Source of the DNA: Dehalococcoidia bacterium
Lineage (GTDB): Bacteria; Chloroflexota; Dehalococcoidia; Bin125
Direction of reading: 5' to 3'
NCBI GenBank assembly: GCA_963663235.2
Contig: CAXXNO010000004.1
Location: 416,001 to 480,000, forward strand
DNA length: 64,000 bases
Of this stretch, positions 1 to 11,532 are shown piece by piece. The translations under genes were made by a program, and so were the position numbers. Within the stretch, counting starts at the first letter, position 1. Each line of letters opens with the position of its first letter. The notes under the pieces are model-generated. The model was given only the letters and a program-made list of their open reading frames with translations, was not told where the DNA came from and ran no database searches.

Positions 1-1506
1 GCGCTGGTAGGCCTCGGCGGCGGGCTGGCCCAGGCGCTCCAGCGTCTTGCCGCTCCAGAGCCAGGCGCGCTGGGCGTCGGCCGTGGCGCTCTCCGTGCTG
101 AGGGCGGTGAAGGCGGCTTCGGCCGCGATGTGGTCACCGAGCAGGAAGCGGTCGAGCGTGGCCAGGAAGCGAGCCCGCGGGGCGAAGTGAGAGGTGGGGC
201 GCTGCTCCGCGAGGCGATCGTAGATCAGGCTTGAGAAGGAGAGCTGCCCCTCCTCCTCCAGCAGGCGGGCAGCCCACCAGAGCGCGTCGTCGGCGAAGGT
301 GCCCGTCGGGTCCACCGCCGCGGCCGCTAGGTAGCCCGAGACGGCCTCGCCGCCGGCGCCGCGGTCCTCGTCGATGGCGGCGCGGTAGTAGCGCGCCACG
401 GCCCACTCCTGCGGGGGCGGCTCTTGCGCCAAGAAGGCGTCCAGGGTGGCGGCCGCGTCGTCATAGCGGAACTGGCGGTAGAGGAAGACACCGCGCGTGA
501 TGGGGTCGATGGGGACGGCGCGCTCATCGAGTCCGGCGTGGGCCTCAGCGGCCCGCCAGTGCCACGGGTACTCACGCAGCAGCCGCAGCCAGGCCGTTTC
601 CGCGGCCTCGACGTCACCCGTCAGCCAGGCGACGGCGCCGAGGCGGTGGAGGGCCAGCGCGCGATGCGAATCCGACGGCGCCTCGACAAGGAGCCGTTCG
701 TAGTGAGCGGCCGCCTGGGGGTACTGCTCCTGCGCTTCGAGACGGGCGCCGAGCTGCGCGCGGGCCGCGGCGCGTTCGACGGGCGTGGCGTTGAGGTCCG
801 CAAGGACGGCGTCGAGGTCGGCTTGAGCGGCGGTCGCGGCGCCGGTGCGCGCGAGCAGATCGGCCCGCAGGAGGCGCACGGCGGCCCCGGCGGCGCCGCC
901 GCCTTGGAGGTAGCGGCCGTAGGCGGCGACAGCGACCGCGATCTCGCCGAGTCCCGTGGTGGCACGCGCTTCGAGCAGGTCCAGGCTGCGAAGGGCGGTG
1001 GGGGTCGCCGCGTCGCGCTGGACCGTCTCGACTAACGCAGCGGCATCGCCGTAGCGCTCAAGCCGGAGGAGGAGGCGGGCCTGGGCGAGTTGGGCGTCCA
1101 GGAGCGCCTCCCGTGGCAAGGCGGCGCCCAAGCCGCCGTCCAGCACCGCGGCGCGTTCGACCAGCGCGGCTTCCCAGTAGCCGTCGTGCTCCAGGGCGGC
1201 GGCTTGGGCGAGGAAGGCCTGGGCGGTGTCGACGGCGTCGCGATGGGGGGCCGGGGTGTCGACGGCCTGGGCCTGCGCTTGGGCCTGCGCTTGCGCGTCG
1301 GGCGCGGGCGGTGCGAGGGCGGGCGGTGCGAGGGCGGGCGGATCGCCGTCGTCCCCGCAGGCGGCCAGGACGCTCGCTGCCACGATCAGCAGGAGGGCGA
1401 TGCGGGGAGGGCCGCGACGGCACGGGCGCGCGCGTGCCCGGAGTGAAGCCGATACGCGGGCCAGTGGTTGCGCGATGGCGTGCTCCGGTCCGCAGAGCGC
1501 CCACAC
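1..1506 (-). CDS. TPR-like helical-repeat lipoprotein, possibly the N-terminal part of a soluble lytic transglycosylase (3' end outside window; start uncertain)
   Basis: Not in the ORF track because it runs off the left edge. Manual translation gives the lipobox RIALLLIVAASVLAA-C-GDD, an Ala/Gln/Pro linker, and the TPR-like segment AWLWSGKTLERLGQPAAEAYQR in the same frame. Nearest in-frame GTG upstream of the lipobox is at 1506. Confidence 0.6.
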   Translation of the reverse strand, partial: MWALCGPEHAIAQPLARVSASLRARARPCRRGPPRIALLLIVAASVLAACGDDGDPPALAPPALAPPAPDAQAQAQAQAQAVDTPAPHRDAVDTAQAFLAQAAALEHDGYWEAALVERAAVLDGGLGAALPREALLDAQLAQARLLLRLERYGDAAALVETVQRDAATPTALRSLDLLEARATTGLGEIAVAVAAYGRYLQGGGAAGAAVRLLRADLLARTGAATAAQADLDAVLADLNATPVERAAARAQLGARLEAQEQYPQAAAHYERLLVEAPSDSHRALALHRLGAVAWLTGDVEAAETAWLRLLREYPWHWRAAEAHAGLDERAVPIDPITRGVFLYRQFRYDDAAATLDAFLAQEPPPQEWAVARYYRAAIDEDRGAGGEAVSGYLAAAAVDPTGTFADDALWWAARLLEEEGQLSFSSLIYDRLAEQRPTSHFAPRARFLATLDRFLLGDHIAAEAAFTALSTESATADAQRAWLWSGKTLERLGQPAAEAYQR

Positions 1507-1639
1507 GTACGATATTGAGGGCGCAGACGGCTGTCCACGACAGCCCGGGCGGTCATATAGTTCGTGTATGAACTACTGTGATCCGGCGGCGGTGAAGGCG
1601 GTTGCCCGCGCGCGGGCGCCTGTCTACGATGGCCGGACC

Positions 1640-2251
1640 ATGCGACGTCCGAGAGCGAACCTGCCCCCCGCGGCCTTGGCGGCTTGGGCTGTGGCGGCGG
1701 CGGCCATCATGCTCGTGCTCACGGCGCCCACGCCGGCGGCCGCTATCGAGCCGATCGAGACGGACCCCCCGGCCGACTCCGTGCTGGGCGAAGAGCCGGA
1801 AGTCATTCGAATCACCTTCGACGAGCCGCTGCTGCTGGAAGCCGGGGCGAACCGGGCGACGCTCGTGGATGCCGATGGCAACCCCGTCCCCAGCCGCGCC
1901 GCCGGGCTGGCCGCCTACAGCCCCCGCACACTCTTGCTGCACCCGGGCCCGGCGTTGCCCGAGGACGGCGCGGTGTCCGTGCGCTGGTCCGTGCGATCCG
2001 CGGCGACCGGGGAGCAGAGCAGTGGAAGCTTTTCCTTCGCGCTGCTGACTGCGCCGGGAGCGGAGGGCGAGTTCGAAGCGGCGGCTCCGCTGGTCGATCC
2101 GCGAGAAGAGGAGCGCAGCCCCCAGTCGATCGTGCTGTGGACCGTGGGCATCGTCCTGGGAGTCGCGTTGGCGATGACGGCGCTGTATTTCCTGCGCCGC
2201 GAGATGGGGCTGGGCGAGAGCAGTCTGGAATCCGAAGAGGAGGCGCACTAG
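1640..2251 (+). CDS. CopC-like protein with C-terminal membrane anchor (canonical Cu-binding His residues absent)
   Basis: Signal peptide, then DPPADSVLGEEPEVIRITFDEP...VRWSVRS...GSFSF, typical of the CopC Ig-like fold; C-terminal TM helix. Confidence 0.65.
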   Translation: MRRPRANLPPAALAAWAVAAAAIMLVLTAPTPAAAIEPIETDPPADSVLGEEPEVIRITFDEPLLLEAGANRATLVDADGNPVPSRAAGLAAYSPRTLLLHPGPALPEDGAVSVRWSVRSAATGEQSSGSFSFALLTAPGAEGEFEAAAPLVDPREEERSPQSIVLWTVGIVLGVALAMTALYFLRREMGLGESSLESEEEAH

Positions 2252-3009
2252 CGCGCCGCAGCCGGGCTGCCGCGATCCTCGAACTCCTCCTCCTCGTCTT
2301 CGGTTTCGCCGGGCGGCCCCACCTGGGGGAGCGTGGCGGTGGCGGCGCCCGCGGGCGCCGGACGCGAGTGCCGGGGCAGCGAGGTGATGCGGTCGCGCAG
2401 CGTCTGCACCTGCTCCGCCGGGGGCCGATCCAAGATCAGCAGGACCACTCCCGAGTCGCGCAGCGCCTCGATCGAGCCCGCAGAGAGATCCGCGTGCACG
2501 GGTACAGCGAGTGGAGCGCCCGTGCCGGCGGCGATCTGGCGTAGCTCGAGAATTTGGCGGAGCGGGATGGTCGAGGGAAGCGGCGGCACGACGACGGCGA
2601 CCGGCCGCAGCGTTCCGATGGCCTTGAGCACGGCCTCCGCCGGCAAGTCGTCGAGGCGCACGACGTAGTCCAGTTCGGGGGCGACCAGGCCGTCGGCCGT
2701 CACGTTGTCCAGCCCCACCAGGACGAAATCCACGCCCGCCTCCTGGGCGGTCATCGCTCCGGTCTGGGACAGCGCCGTCGCAGCGATGCCGAGCGGGATA
2801 TCAGCGGCGGCTTCGACGGCCGACTGCAGGGCCGCGCGGTCGGCGGGGTCGGCGGCGCGGATGAGGACATCGGCGCCGTGGGCGGCGTCGCCGGCCGCGG
2901 CGATGAGCAGGCCGCGGTCGGAGGGCGCCTGGGGGTCGCGCGTGCCGAAGCCGATGGGGCGGTCGCTGCGCAGTTTGGCGAGGCGAATGCGGTCCGCCAG
3001 CTTGCCCAC
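2248..3009 (-). CDS. hypothetical protein (possible TIM-barrel/aldolase-like fold)
   Basis: GTG at 3009 preceded by AAGGAA; typical codon usage; IGFG N-terminal motif, alternating beta/alpha pattern, acidic tail. Confidence 0.55.
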   Translation of the reverse strand: MGKLADRIRLAKLRSDRPIGFGTRDPQAPSDRGLLIAAAGDAAHGADVLIRAADPADRAALQSAVEAAADIPLGIAATALSQTGAMTAQEAGVDFVLVGLDNVTADGLVAPELDYVVRLDDLPAEAVLKAIGTLRPVAVVVPPLPSTIPLRQILELRQIAAGTGAPLAVPVHADLSAGSIEALRDSGVVLLILDRPPAEQVQTLRDRITSLPRHSRPAPAGAATATLPQVGPPGETEDEEEEFEDRGSPAAAR

Positions 3010-3171
3010 GGAGAGTTCCTTCCGTTCCCGGGACGGCGTGGAGTGTCGCCGCGTGGAGCGATCGTATGAAGCGGGCGCGAGCACGGTCAAACGTCGGCGG
3101 GCGCGGAGCGCGAGAAGGTCGACGGCGGGCGGGGGCTGCGCTAGGGTCGCAGGCGGAGTCGGGCCGGGTCC

Positions 3172-3609
3172 GTGGAGGGTGCGGTGGATTGGGTCACGCA
3201 GCCGTGGGGTGTCGAGAACCTGGAGTGGGCGGCGGTGCCGCTGCGCATTGGCCTGGGAGTGATCTTCGTCGATGCCGGTTTCTCGAAGTGGCGCGGCGGC
3301 ATCCGAGGGACGGGCGAGTGGATGGGGGGGCTCGGGATCCCCTTCCCCCATCTGGCGGCTCCCGGCGTGGCGACGCTGGAAGTTGTCGGCGGGCTGCTCC
3401 TGCTGATGGGGGTCCTGGTGCCCTGGGTGGCGATCCCCCTGGCGCTGAACATGCTGGGGGCGACGGTCCTTTCGAAGTTTCGCATGGGCCTGTCGTTCCG
3501 GGGCGGTGAAGCGCAGGGCTACGAGTTGAACGTCATCCTGGTGCTCGCCTTGGTCGCGCTGATCTTTCTGGGGGCCGGCCCGCTCTCGCTGGACCGCCTG
3601 TACGACTAG
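3172..3609 (+). CDS. DoxX family membrane protein
   Basis: LRIGLGVIF..G.SK, E.VGGLLLL.G, GYELN and GAGPLSLD motifs. Confidence 0.9.
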   Translation: MEGAVDWVTQPWGVENLEWAAVPLRIGLGVIFVDAGFSKWRGGIRGTGEWMGGLGIPFPHLAAPGVATLEVVGGLLLLMGVLVPWVAIPLALNMLGATVLSKFRMGLSFRGGEAQGYELNVILVLALVALIFLGAGPLSLDRLYD

Positions 3610-3653
3610 ACCGCTGCCGGCAACCGGCCGCGGCAGGCAAAGGAGTGACGATC

Positions 3654-4577
3654 ATGGGTCAACTGGACGGTCGAGTAGTGATCATCACCGGGGCCGGACG
3701 CGGGATCGGCGCATCGCTGGCGCGCGTGATGGCCGGTGAAGGTGCGCGGGTGGTGGTCAACGACCTCGGCGGCGCCGTCGACGGGGCGGGCGCGGACAAG
3801 GCTCCGGCCTCCGAGGTGGTGGACCAGATCCGCGCCGACGGCGGCACGGCGGTGGCGAACTTCGGCAGCGTGGCGGACAACCATGACGCCGAACAGATGG
3901 TCACCCAGGCGCTCAAGGAATACGGGCGGCTGGACGTATTGATCAACGTGGCGGGCATCCTGCGCGACCGCATGATCTTCAACATGACGGAAGAGGAGTG
4001 GGACGCGGTCATCGCCGTGCATCTCAAGGGCACCTACAACACCACCCGCTACGCCGCCATCCACTGGCGGCAGGCGCGGGAGGGACATTACCGTCTGATC
4101 AACTTCTCCTCGGTCTCGGGGCTGCACGGCTCCCCCGGGCAGCCCAACTACGCGGCGGCCAAGATGGGCATCGTGGGCCTGACGTGGTCGTGCGCCAACG
4201 GGCTGGCGCGCTACGGCGTCACCGCCAACGCCATCGCGCCGTCGGCGGCGACGCGCATGCTCCAGGACATCCCCACGGACCGGCAGGGAACGACGATGCA
4301 GAACCCCGCGGACGACCCGCAACGCTCGCCGGACAACATGGCGCCGCCGATCGTCTATCTGGCGAGCACCGCGTCCGACTGGCTCAGCGGGCGGGTCATC
4401 GGTATCCGGGGCTACAAGATCCAACTCTACTCGAACCCGATGATCGAGCGGGAGATGATCTCGCAGGAGCCCTGGTCGGTCGATGAATGCTGCGCGGAGA
4501 TGGAGGGGGCATTCCGATCGGCAGTGGGGGGTGGTCCGGTGTTCGTCTGGGCCGGGCTCGATCCGCAGATCGTCTAG
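3654..4577 (+). CDS. SDR family oxidoreductase (hydroxyacyl-CoA dehydrogenase-like)
   Basis: TGAGRGIG, VVVNDLG, AGILRD and catalytic YAAAK. Confidence 0.9.
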   Translation: MGQLDGRVVIITGAGRGIGASLARVMAGEGARVVVNDLGGAVDGAGADKAPASEVVDQIRADGGTAVANFGSVADNHDAEQMVTQALKEYGRLDVLINVAGILRDRMIFNMTEEEWDAVIAVHLKGTYNTTRYAAIHWRQAREGHYRLINFSSVSGLHGSPGQPNYAAAKMGIVGLTWSCANGLARYGVTANAIAPSAATRMLQDIPTDRQGTTMQNPADDPQRSPDNMAPPIVYLASTASDWLSGRVIGIRGYKIQLYSNPMIEREMISQEPWSVDECCAEMEGAFRSAVGGGPVFVWAGLDPQIV

Positions 4578-4602
4578 GCGCGGGTTTCGGCACGGGGGCG
4601 CC

Positions 4603-5796
4603 ATGGCTACACAGCAGCGCGACGCCGCGATCGTGGGGATCTACGAGTACCCGCGTCGCAAGGTGGACGGGCTCAGCGCGCTCCAGATCCGGGCGGAGTG
4701 CGCCGCCCGGGCGCTGGAGGACGCCGGGCTGACCTGGAGCGACGTAGACGCTCTCTACGACGCCGCCGACCCGGCGCGCTGGGGGGCCGCGAATTTCGCC
4801 GAATACCTGCAACTGAAGCCGGGGATCATCGACACCACGGACGTCGGCGGGAGCTCCTACGAGTTCCATGCCGCGCACGCGAAGCAGGCGATCGCCGCCG
4901 GTAAGACGCGGGTGGCGTTGCTGACCTACGGGTCGACCTCGCACAGCAGCGCCTGGGCCATCGGGACCGGTGCGCGGGAGCCATCGGGACCGCCGACGCC
5001 GTGGGAGAGCATGGAGGCGCCCTGGGGGCTGACGCTGATCGCGAACTATGGCCTGGTCGCGCAGCGCCACCAGTTCGAATACGGCACACGGCCCGAGCAG
5101 TTGGCGGCCATCTCCGTGACGACGCGGGCGCACGCGATGCGCAACCCCGAGGCCGTGCAGGCGATGAAGGATCTGCAGTTCGAGGAGATCCGGGAGATCA
5201 CGGTGGAGGACGTCCTGGGGTCCCGCCTGATCGCGGATCCGATCCATCTGCTGGAGTGCTGCATGATCTCAGACGGCGGCGGCGCGGTGGTGATCGCATC
5301 GGCGGAGGTGGCGCGGGACTGCCGCCGGCCGCCGGTCTGGATCCTGGGGACCGGCGAGGCCACCAAGTATCCGGAGAACGGGGGCGACATCACGACCTCC
5401 GCGGCGGCTCAGTCAGGGCCCGTGGCCTTTGGGGAGGCGGGGGTGGGGCCCGCGGAGATCGATATCGCGATGCTCTACGACTCCTTCACCATCACGGTGC
5501 TGACGGCGCTGGAGGACCTGGGGTTCTGCCAGAAGGGCGAGGGTGGGGCGTTCGCGTCCGAGGATCGCCTGCGCTTCGACGCGCCGCTGCGACCGGCGCT
5601 GAACACGGACGGCGGGGGGCTTTCCTCCAACCATCCGGGAAAACGGGGGATGTTCCTCCTGATCGAGGCGACGCGGCAGCTGCGGGGGCAATCGAACTCG
5701 CAGGTTGAGGGAGCGGGCCTGGCCGTGGCGCACGGCAACGGCGGCGCGTTGGGCACGCAGCACAACGCGGCCACCGTGATCTTGGGGAGGGACTAG
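4603..5796 (+). CDS. thiolase-superfamily protein (SCP-x/Ltp2-like; catalytic Cys absent)
   Basis: LECCMISDGGGA, LYDSFT and NTDGGGLS..HPG motifs; VGGSS where the nucleophilic Cys normally sits. Confidence 0.85.
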   Translation: MATQQRDAAIVGIYEYPRRKVDGLSALQIRAECAARALEDAGLTWSDVDALYDAADPARWGAANFAEYLQLKPGIIDTTDVGGSSYEFHAAHAKQAIAAGKTRVALLTYGSTSHSSAWAIGTGAREPSGPPTPWESMEAPWGLTLIANYGLVAQRHQFEYGTRPEQLAAISVTTRAHAMRNPEAVQAMKDLQFEEIREITVEDVLGSRLIADPIHLLECCMISDGGGAVVIASAEVARDCRRPPVWILGTGEATKYPENGGDITTSAAAQSGPVAFGEAGVGPAEIDIAMLYDSFTITVLTALEDLGFCQKGEGGAFASEDRLRFDAPLRPALNTDGGGLSSNHPGKRGMFLLIEATRQLRGQSNSQVEGAGLAVAHGNGGALGTQHNAATVILGRD

Positions 5797-5800
5797 AGCC

Positions 5801-6211
5801 ATGGCCGCGACACGACCGCTGCCTCGCTTGCCGGAGCCCGATACGCAGCCGTTCTGGGAAGCCACGCGCGGGCACGCACTGCGCTACCAGGCTTGTGAGC
5901 AGTGCGACGCGGTGATTTTCTATCCGCGCCGCCATTGCACGAAATGCTTGAGCCAAAGCCTGACCTGGCGCACGTCCAAGGGCGAGGGCACGCTGTACAC
6001 CTTCAGCGTGGTGCGGCTGAGCCGCCATCCGTTCTTCAAGGAGCGGCTGCCGTACGTGGTGGCCTGGGTGGACCTGGACGAGGGCTTCCGCCTCCTCTCG
6101 AACATCGTCGGGTTCGACGATCCCGCCCGCGACGTGCACATCGGCCAGCGGGTGCGCGTCGAGTGGGAGGACCACGAGACCCTGTCGCTGCCCCTGTTCC
6201 GCCCGCTGTAG
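5801..6211 (+). CDS. DUF35-type Zn-ribbon/OB-fold protein
   Basis: PFWEA, CxxC...PRxxCxxC, GTLYTFSVV, PYVVAWVDLDEG; directly follows the thiolase-fold gene. Confidence 0.9.
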   Translation: MAATRPLPRLPEPDTQPFWEATRGHALRYQACEQCDAVIFYPRRHCTKCLSQSLTWRTSKGEGTLYTFSVVRLSRHPFFKERLPYVVAWVDLDEGFRLLSNIVGFDDPARDVHIGQRVRVEWEDHETLSLPLFRPL

Positions 6212-6458
6212 TCCCCTCGGTGGTGAGCCCCCACCGGCGCGCGCGAGCGGGCGCGGTGAGACTCGTCGCGCCTCCACGCCCGGCGATCCGGCGGTGGCCG
6301 GGCGGTCGTGGGGGGCGGCGCTAGTTGCCGCTGGCCGTGGAAGGAATACGATCGAGGCTGATCGGCGCATCGCGGGGGAGCGGGCCAGCGTCGGTGGATT
6401 CCGGCGCGCCGGCGGCGCCGGGCGGGGACGCGCGCGGCTTCGCGGGTAGAGGGGGGCC

Positions 6459-7763
6459 GTGATGGAGCTTCTGGACGAAGCCTACGAGCGAGCGTTGGAA
6501 TCGCTGCGGCGCAACGTGACCCCCATGGGCTTCACGGCCGCGCCGGGGGACGAACCGGCCAATGGAGAGCGCGCTCCACGCGCCGGGAGCTACGACGCCG
6601 TCTGGGCGCGGGACGGCGTGATCAGCGGGCTGTGGGCGCGCGCGACCGAAGATCGCGAGCTATCCGACTGTTCCCGGCGGACCCTGGAAACGCTGGCGGA
6701 GCATCAAACGCCCGGGGGGCAGATCCCTCTCAACGTTCACGTGCGCACCGGGCGCCCGGAGTATTCGGGCCTGGGCGGGATCTCGGGCGTGGACGCCGTG
6801 CTGTGGTTCGTGATCGGGGTGGCGCGCTACACATTCGATACGCAGGACCGCGCCTTCGGCGAGGCGCTGGCGCCCAACGTGGCCGCCGCCATGCAATGGC
6901 TGGAGGCGCACGACTCCAACAACGATACGTTGCTGGAGCTGCCGGAGGCCTCGGACTGGATGGACCTCTTCCCCCGCTCGTACAACGTGTTGTACGACGA
7001 AGTGCTCTGGTACCAGGCCTGCCAGGACTACGCGGCTCTGCTGGATGGTCTGGGGGGGGATGGTGGGGCTTGGCGGCGGTTCTCGGAGCGCGTGCGCGAC
7101 CGGGTCCTGGAGGTCTTCTGGCCCACCTATACGGAGGCGGAGTGGACGGCGCTGGGCAGCAGCGGCCGGCGCATCACCGGCGAGCCGCAGTACCTGCTGA
7201 GCTACGTCACGCCGTACGACTTCTCCTGGCGCTGCGACGTCTTCGCCAATCTTCTGGCGGCGCTCAGCGGCCTGCTGGACGACCCCAAACGCGCGCGGCT
7301 GTACAGCTTCCTGTGGGGCGTGGGCGTCGATCAGCCCTATCCGGTCCGCGTTCTCTACCCGCCGGTCCATTCCGGCGCCGAGGACTGGAAGGACTACTTC
7401 ATCCTGAATTTCCTCAACCTGCCGGATCATTACCACAACGGGGGCATCTGGCCGTTCATCGGAGGGCTCTGGGTGCGCTTCCTTTACACGTTGAGCCGCA
7501 CCGATCACGCCTATGAGCAACTGACGCGCCTGGCTGAGGCCTGCCGCCAGGGCGTCCACGGCGAGTGGGAGTTCAACGAGTGGCTGCACGGCCGCACCGG
7601 CCGGCCGATGGGCAAGGCGCACCAGGCCTGGAGCGCGGCCAGCTATCTCAAGGCGCACTTGGCGCTCCACGGTCACACGACCGTGGAGGACTTCCTGCCG
7701 TTGGTGCCGACGGAACTCAGCCCTACCCCAGCGGTCGCGAAGCCAGAGGGCGCCGCCGAGTAG
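6459..7763 (+). CDS. glycoside hydrolase, (alpha/alpha)6 barrel (GH100 / amylo-alpha-1,6-glucosidase-like)
   Basis: VWARDG, DWMD, YHNGGIWPFIGG, EFNEWLHG and QAWSAA motifs. Confidence 0.8.
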   Translation: MMELLDEAYERALESLRRNVTPMGFTAAPGDEPANGERAPRAGSYDAVWARDGVISGLWARATEDRELSDCSRRTLETLAEHQTPGGQIPLNVHVRTGRPEYSGLGGISGVDAVLWFVIGVARYTFDTQDRAFGEALAPNVAAAMQWLEAHDSNNDTLLELPEASDWMDLFPRSYNVLYDEVLWYQACQDYAALLDGLGGDGGAWRRFSERVRDRVLEVFWPTYTEAEWTALGSSGRRITGEPQYLLSYVTPYDFSWRCDVFANLLAALSGLLDDPKRARLYSFLWGVGVDQPYPVRVLYPPVHSGAEDWKDYFILNFLNLPDHYHNGGIWPFIGGLWVRFLYTLSRTDHAYEQLTRLAEACRQGVHGEWEFNEWLHGRTGRPMGKAHQAWSAASYLKAHLALHGHTTVEDFLPLVPTELSPTPAVAKPEGAAE

Positions 7764-7769
7764 GGGCGT

Positions 7770-9071
7770 CTATTTGGCCGGGTGCGGCGCCGGCTCCAGG
7801 CCGCGGTAGCGCCCCCGGAACTGTTCGAAGATGGCAGCCGTTCGCTTGGCCACGCCGGTCCAGCCGAACTGGCGCCGCGCGAAGCGGGCGCCTTCGTTGC
7901 TCAGTCGTGCCCGCAGGCTTGGGTAGCGGAGCGGCAGGCTGAGAACGGTGGCGAACTCCGTGGGGCGGCTGGGGTCGGCGTAGAGCGCCTGCACGCCGAA
8001 GTCGATCATCTGGTGCAGGCCGCCGTTCACGGTGATCACGGCCGGTGTCCCGCACGCCATCGCCTCCACGGCGGTCATGCCGAACGGCTCGTAGCGTGAG
8101 GGCAGGGCGAAGACGGCGGCGGCGCGGTAGTGGTCGGTCATCGCCTCGTCGGTGATGTACCCGCGCCAGCGAATCCAGCGGGTGACCTCCAGTTGATCGG
8201 CCAGCGCCTGCCAGCGCTGCACCTTGCGACGGTCCCGCGCAGAGTCGGCCCCCACCGCCAGTTGCAGGCGCGCATCGGGAACCAACGTGCGCAGCACCGG
8301 CAGCGCGCGGATGAGGAAGTCATACCCCTTGTTGGAGGCGGCGCGGCCCACGCAGTACACATCATGGGTGCGGAACCCCAAGCGGCGGCGCGCATCGGTG
8401 ACGCTCTCCGGCAGCGCCGGCGTGTAGCGCGCCTCATCGATGCCGGGAGGCACCAGCGTGACGTGCTCGGCGGGCACGTCGTAGTGGTCGCGGAGGATGT
8501 CGGCTTGGTCGGGCGAGGTGGCGATCAGGTGATCGCAGTGCTGATAGACCAGAAACTCTTTGCGGATCCGTTCATCGAAGCGGTACTGCTGTTCCAGGAC
8601 CGCGGGGTCCTCTTTCATCTCTGTGCGCTTCCACCAGCCCAAGGAGTGAGGCGTATGGATGTGGGGGATGTTCAGCTCCTCGGCGATCCGCTGGCCGGCC
8701 CAGCCGGCGTCCCAGTAGTGCGAGCTGACGACGTCGTAGCGGGTCCGGCTGGTGGCGACGGCCGCGAGGAACCGGGTGATGAAATCGCCCAGGTAGTCGT
8801 GCATGTCTTCTTTGCGCACGAACCCCGGGGCGCCGAAGGGGATGCGCCAGATGCGCAAGCCGTCCGCGATCTCGTCGACGGCCGGCTGGGTCTCGAAGCG
8901 GCGGGTGACGATGTCGACCCGGTAGCCGAGGCGGGCGAAGCGCTTGGCCATCTCCAAGACGAAGACGACCTGGCCCCCGGTGTCCGGCAAGCCCAACTCC
9001 GGCTCCGCGGCCACATACCCGTGCACCGAAAGCATCAGGATGGAGCCGACGGGGGATGGCCCTAGGGTCAT
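7770..9071 (-). CDS. mfpsA: mannosylfructose-phosphate synthase-like GT4 glycosyltransferase
   Basis: HGYVAAEPELGLPDTGGQVVFVLE, TRRFE, SHYWDAG, HTPHSLG, SRYEPFGMTAVEAMACGTP and ALYADP closely follow Agrobacterium MfpsA as recalled. Confidence 0.75.
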   Translation of the reverse strand: MTLGPSPVGSILMLSVHGYVAAEPELGLPDTGGQVVFVLEMAKRFARLGYRVDIVTRRFETQPAVDEIADGLRIWRIPFGAPGFVRKEDMHDYLGDFITRFLAAVATSRTRYDVVSSHYWDAGWAGQRIAEELNIPHIHTPHSLGWWKRTEMKEDPAVLEQQYRFDERIRKEFLVYQHCDHLIATSPDQADILRDHYDVPAEHVTLVPPGIDEARYTPALPESVTDARRRLGFRTHDVYCVGRAASNKGYDFLIRALPVLRTLVPDARLQLAVGADSARDRRKVQRWQALADQLEVTRWIRWRGYITDEAMTDHYRAAAVFALPSRYEPFGMTAVEAMACGTPAVITVNGGLHQMIDFGVQALYADPSRPTEFATVLSLPLRYPSLRARLSNEGARFARRQFGWTGVAKRTAAIFEQFRGRYRGLEPAPHPAK

Positions 9072-9322
9072 GCACGCTCCTCGAGCGGCCGAGCAGCCCG
9101 GATAGCCATGGTAGCCGTTCTGTAAAGTCCGTGAGCGCTCGCCGACGCCAGGACGGCCGTCCGCGCCCCCAGGCGGACGGCCGTTCGCGGGCGCCGCGGG
9201 ATCTTTGCCCGGCGCGCCGTGGGGCGCTGGGCCCTCAGGGATAGCCAGTGATCGGGCCGCCGAGCCGACAGAATCTGGTAGCGTGCCCTCGCCGGCGACA
9301 ACCGGCCGGGAACGTGGGGGCG

Positions 9323-9739
9323 ATGGCGCACGATCCGACGGTGATCCGCGTGCTGCTGGCCAAGGTCGGGCTGGACGGCCACGACCGCGGGGTGAAGATC
9401 GTCGCGCGCTGCCTGCGCGATGCGGGCATGGAGGTGGTCTACATCGGGCTGCACCATACGCCCGGCGATATCGTGGACACGGCCATCGAGGAGGATGTCG
9501 ACATCCTCGGCGTGAGCCTGCTCTCGGGCGCGCACATGACGATCTTCCCGCGCATGGTGGAGTTGCTTCGCGAGAACGGCGCGGACGATATCATCTTGGT
9601 CGGAGGCGGCGTGATGGCGGAAGAAGACGTCGTGGCGCTGAAGGCGCAGGGCGTCGCCGAGATCCTGCTGCAGGACGCGCCGCCCGACGCGATCGTGGAG
9701 ACGATGCGCCGGCTCATCGCCGAGCGCGGGCCGCGCTGA
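9323..9739 (+). CDS. hcmB: 2-hydroxyisobutyryl-CoA mutase small (B12-binding) subunit
   Basis: IRVLLAKVGLDGHDRG (DxHxxG), GVSLLSG and LLQDAPP are HcmB-like; lies upstream of the large subunit. Confidence 0.8.
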   Translation: MAHDPTVIRVLLAKVGLDGHDRGVKIVARCLRDAGMEVVYIGLHHTPGDIVDTAIEEDVDILGVSLLSGAHMTIFPRMVELLRENGADDIILVGGGVMAEEDVVALKAQGVAEILLQDAPPDAIVETMRRLIAERGPR

Positions 9740-9793
9740 GCGGCGGTCGTGGCGGCGCGGGAGTCCCCGCCGCGGTGAGGGAAGGGGAAGCCG

Positions 9794-11494
<1,701 letters not shown>

Positions 11495-11532
11495 GCGACG
11501 GCCGAGCGGGCGGCTCGGCGACGGAGCGGGAG

